Shown piece after piece: positions 54,011 through 57,828 of a stretch of DNA of 57,828 bases. Made by a program: the position numbers and the translations under genes. The notes beneath the pieces were generated by a model, which saw nothing but the letters and a program-made list of their open reading frames with translations, was not told where the DNA came from and did no database searches. The stretch covers positions 1-57,828 of the forward strand of contig MQRK01226513.1 of NCBI GenBank assembly GCA_001938485.1, written 5' to 3'. The number at the start of each line of letters is the position of its first letter. Position 1 is the stretch's first letter. This DNA comes from Girardia tigrina (lineage: Eukaryota).

Positions 54011-54599
54011 TCACCATTTGAATTGAATCAAATTAATTTGAAGGCTGCGTTGCTCGTTCGTAGCTCGAACCCAGCTCAATAATTGTTAAAGTTAAATCTA
54101 TGGCAGTTAAAATCAACAACGAATATTATGGGAATTTATATTTGTTAATCACAAGTGCATTTTCTCCAAATATATTGTACAAGACCGTTTATACAACAAT
54201 TGAGACTGAATAATTATAATTGAACTACTGTTAACTTAAAAGTTAATATTTTTGTATTTTCTATTCTGAAATTTTTAAATTTTTGAAAAGTATTTTTACC
54301 AATTCTGTTTTTATAATATAAAAAATTATTCAATTAAATAATTATTTATTTATTATTAATTTTACATTTTTTTAAATTTAATTATTTTTATTTTGTTTTC
54401 ATTTATTTGATGAATTATGCCATCATGTAGCAATAATTATTTGTAATTTTGAATAAACTATTTGAATTTGTTCCAACAACTGACAATTCCTTTGGCCGAT
54501 GAAATGACACGCCGATTGGTCAAACCGATCAACATTCATCGCACAAGAGGAAAATTTTCATTTTTGGAAAAACCTCTTTATTTAAATTTATGTGATAAT

Positions 54600-55120
54600 T
54601 TTAATAATAATAATTAATAATAATCGAATAATAATAATTACAGTAATAATAATAATTATAGGCATAGTAAAATACTAATATTTATAGTTATAATTATAAA
54701 AAAATAAGATTAATAATAACAGTGATAGTACTAATATTATTATTAATACTACCATTTATAANNNNNNNNNNNNNNNNNNNNNNNNNNNNNNNNNNNNNNN
54801 NNNNNNNNNNNNNNNNNNNNNNNNNNNNNNNNNNNNNNNNNNNNNNNNNNNNNNNNNNNNNNNNNNNNNNNNNNNNNNNNNNNNNNNNNNTTAATAATTA
54901 TCAATAATAATTATAATAACAATAACACAACTAATAATAATAATAATAATAATAATTAAATTGAAACTAATGATGATTATGATAAAAATAATATTATTAA
55001 TAGTTATACAGATACTAATTATAATAATATTAATGATATTAATAATATGATAATAATAGTAATATTAATAATAATTATGGTTAGCATGATTTTTATAATA
55101 ATAATTTTAAATAATCTATA
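54600..55120. repeat. degenerate (AAT)n low-complexity tract spanning a gap
   Basis: Direct observation. Confidence 0.85.
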
Positions 55121-55629
55121 ATAGTGATATCATACTTATACTCCATGTAATAATATATAATCTAGACTCGCCGACATTCGCGCATCTATCCTGAGACTTC
55201 AGAAATTATATGCTTTAATTTGAAATATAATGACAATCATTAGCCTAGAAACCTGAGCTCCAAAAATATCTCTAGCAATTAAACAATACTTATAATATTC
55301 ATTAATATTTACGGTAATAGTTTATTCTAAAAAAACCCTTTAGAATTAATATCTTTTCATAGCTTCATACTAATCTACCGGATTTAATCAACTCTAGATA
55401 CTTTATGATCATTTTTTTCTAAAACCGGATTGACGAGTATACTAGTAGAAAATTTTACATAACTCAGATTTATAAAAAGAGTTATACTTTCGGTTGCTCA
55501 TCAATTATACTACTTAATGATTTTACTCCTATTATTTCTGACTTAGTCAAATCATAAAAAATCATAAAAAAATTCATGATCCTTCGACATGTAGTTATAA
55601 TAGTAATAGAAATAATAATAATATAATAA

Positions 55630-56162
55630 ACAAACTTGAAAAAAGATGGCAATTTTTTATTATAAACAAATAAACGTCATTTAAAAATATATTTTAGGAT
55701 AATATATTTCGACGGTTTAACCTTCATCATCAGATCACTGATTATGTTCTTTTTTATTGCTTTTATATAAGAAATAAATGATTATATAATCACTTACGCA
55801 AGTCTAATAGAAAACTCTTCCATTTCAAAAAATCAAGAAAAAATCAAAAAATGAACAAATTAATAGTTTAAACATTGAAAACTGCTTTACACCTGGGTAT
55901 ACTCTAAGCTTACCTTACTCCGAGGGTTATAAACACCTCAAGAATTCGACCTTGAAATCAAAAAATAATATTTAAAATTTAAAAATCATTTAAAGTTGAG
56001 AATATGTTTTGCAATAAATAACATACTCCTTTAGAATTATGTTTGGACATGGTTTATCAATACACATGTAATGGGTGCAATGCCACACACATCGGAGAGA
56101 CTGTCCGTCACCTCTGCAAACGAGTCCCAGAACACAGTCAAAAATGGGGAAAGAGTAGTATT
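55630..56162 (+). mobile_element. second, 5'-truncated Penelope copy (inverted pLTR + GIY-YIG part), interrupted by an LTR
   Basis: 55630-55820 is an inverse of ~20590-20810. 55840-56160 matches 20125-20415 (MVYQYTCNGCNATHIGETVRHLCKRVPEH). Confidence 0.88.
55696..55738 (-). ncRNA. decayed hammerhead ribozyme in Penelope pLTR
   Basis: Core CUGAUGA/GAAA intact; mismatches in stems I and II relative to the 20701 copy. Confidence 0.65.
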
Positions 56163-57828
56163 TGTCACGACCCATTTGTTTGTAACAATTTTGCGCGCTC
56201 AGAGCCCCCAGTGGCTATTAAGGGTCAGCCACAACCCGGTTGGAATTTATTACTCAACTACGATCACTTTGTCACGACCCATTTGTTTGTAACAATTTTG
56301 TGCGCTCAGAGCCCCCAGTGGCTATTGAGGGTCAGCCACAACCCGATTTCAGTCCGTACTATTTTACTAACTGTTTTAACACTCATTTNNNNNNNNNNNN
56401 NNNNNNNNNNNNNNNNNNNNNNNNNNNNNNNNNNNNNNNNNNNNNNNNNNNNNNNAAGGGCCTGCGGGTTCGAATAAAGATGGGATGGGCTATGGGCCCC
56501 CCACCTAGCGGAGTGTCGCTCGGGGATGATTTTCCTTTTTGAACTAAAATTTGATGCCTTAACCTCTACGATGAACAACTCGCATTTAGCTGTATTGGAA
56601 TTATATAACTAGGGCCGTCACAACAGCCTTATAAAATCATATTTCTTAAAACAATAGCGCGCTATAGGGCTGAACAATCAAACCCGCTCTTGTTCGTACA
56701 GGAACCTAACTTATAAAACGTAGGTTAAAACTCCTACAACTAATATGGTCAACTTCTGAATCCCTCTTCGTCTTAACTCGTAGAGTATGACAAACCCTCA
56801 TTACGATCATTAACCGTTTTTATTATTACTGACGCCTAGGAGTAAACAATCAACAACAGCACTAATAGAATTTATCTCAACTATTAGGTGAGCGCGTTTG
56901 CAATTCTCTATAACTCGATTTACCTATTTTATTCTCTTTTTTATTTCATCGAGTTAATTGACTAATTTCGCAATTCAATTCCGATAGCAGTGAAGTTTAT
57001 CTAAAATCGTTCTTGAGGGGATAAATTATTTCACTTTGCTTTAAATCCTGATAAAAAAAATACTAAATTATAGAATGGTAACTCCCTAGAATTTGATTAA
57101 ATTATCGCTTATAAATATCACTACTATCCTAGGAATTTGACAAAATTAAATTTACCCAAAACACGAATGTTTTCCCCTAACCAAAATGCGGTAAAAAATT
57201 AATTATAAAATTAATTCAATGATAAATCAATTGTAAAACCTGTCTATAATAAGACGATCACGCGAATAGAACGGGGACTCTTTTATCGAACGTAATTTTA
57301 ATCGTAGTCTTTATGAATTCCTTATTTCTCTTTATAAACTTATTTGGGAGAATAATATTCGCTGAATTTAATCAACAAAATTAATCGAAATAAATAAAAC
57401 GAATTGAAGATAATAATTACGTAAAACTAATGTCAAAACTTTACTTATGTAGAACTAATCATTTTACTCCCATTTAAAACAGAACAGCTATCGTTCGGGT
57501 AGTTTAGTCTTACACTATGATACGTCAAAACCCGATAAAAATCAGTAAATAAAATACGGTCTAGTAATAAAAATTCACACTACTCTGTCCTTATAATTTT
57601 GACTTAAAAAAAAAGAAACGTAAAACCGTAAATAGTGGAAGATTACTATAAAACACAATTATAATCATCAATAAAATATTCTGAATTCCCCAAACATTGA
57701 AGCCTTTGTAATCATTCCTAATCAAACATTTTCATTACGCTTTTCAATGAATATCCTCTTATTTTTATTTTAACCCTGTATTTCGCTAAACTCTGTACGT
57801 TAACTACTTACAAGTCACTCAAAAAAAA
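56163..57828 (+). mobile_element. long LTR-like unit, copy C (first ~76 bp repeated at 56270), probably extending beyond the window
   Basis: TGTCACGACCC start and conserved GC-rich block matching 45873-46110. Confidence 0.65.

Noticed and set aside
56163-56346. Tandem duplication of the LTR start as a biological feature
   Set aside because: It sits immediately beside an N gap and may be an assembly artefact.

Overview
Very AT-rich, repeat-dense animal genomic DNA with ~40-55 nt GT-AG introns and several N gaps. It resembles a planarian/flatworm genome, but that is inference only. Three host genes lie on the minus strand. (1) A ~23 kb multi-exon p400/Domino-like gene (HSA, split SNF2 region, SANT) whose ATPase motifs look dead. 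(2) Just upstream, a compact CBP/p300 with an intact HAT domain but a degenerate bromodomain. (3) A divergent, tail-less beta-tubulin. The rest is transposon-derived: several Tc1/mariner and pogo relics, piggyBac-type MITEs, a hAT and a MULE derivative, two Penelope-like elements carrying minimal hammerhead ribozymes plus an orphan hammerhead, and a 326-bp TRIM with perfect TSDs. A family of multi-kb LTR-like units starting TGTCACGACCC contains a covarying structured-RNA block, conserved sense introns and antisense ORFs. Another dispersed family shares a TTCTCCCACCCAGATGG motif. All protein calls come from motif recognition by eye, no searches were run, and exon boundaries marked ~ are approximate.
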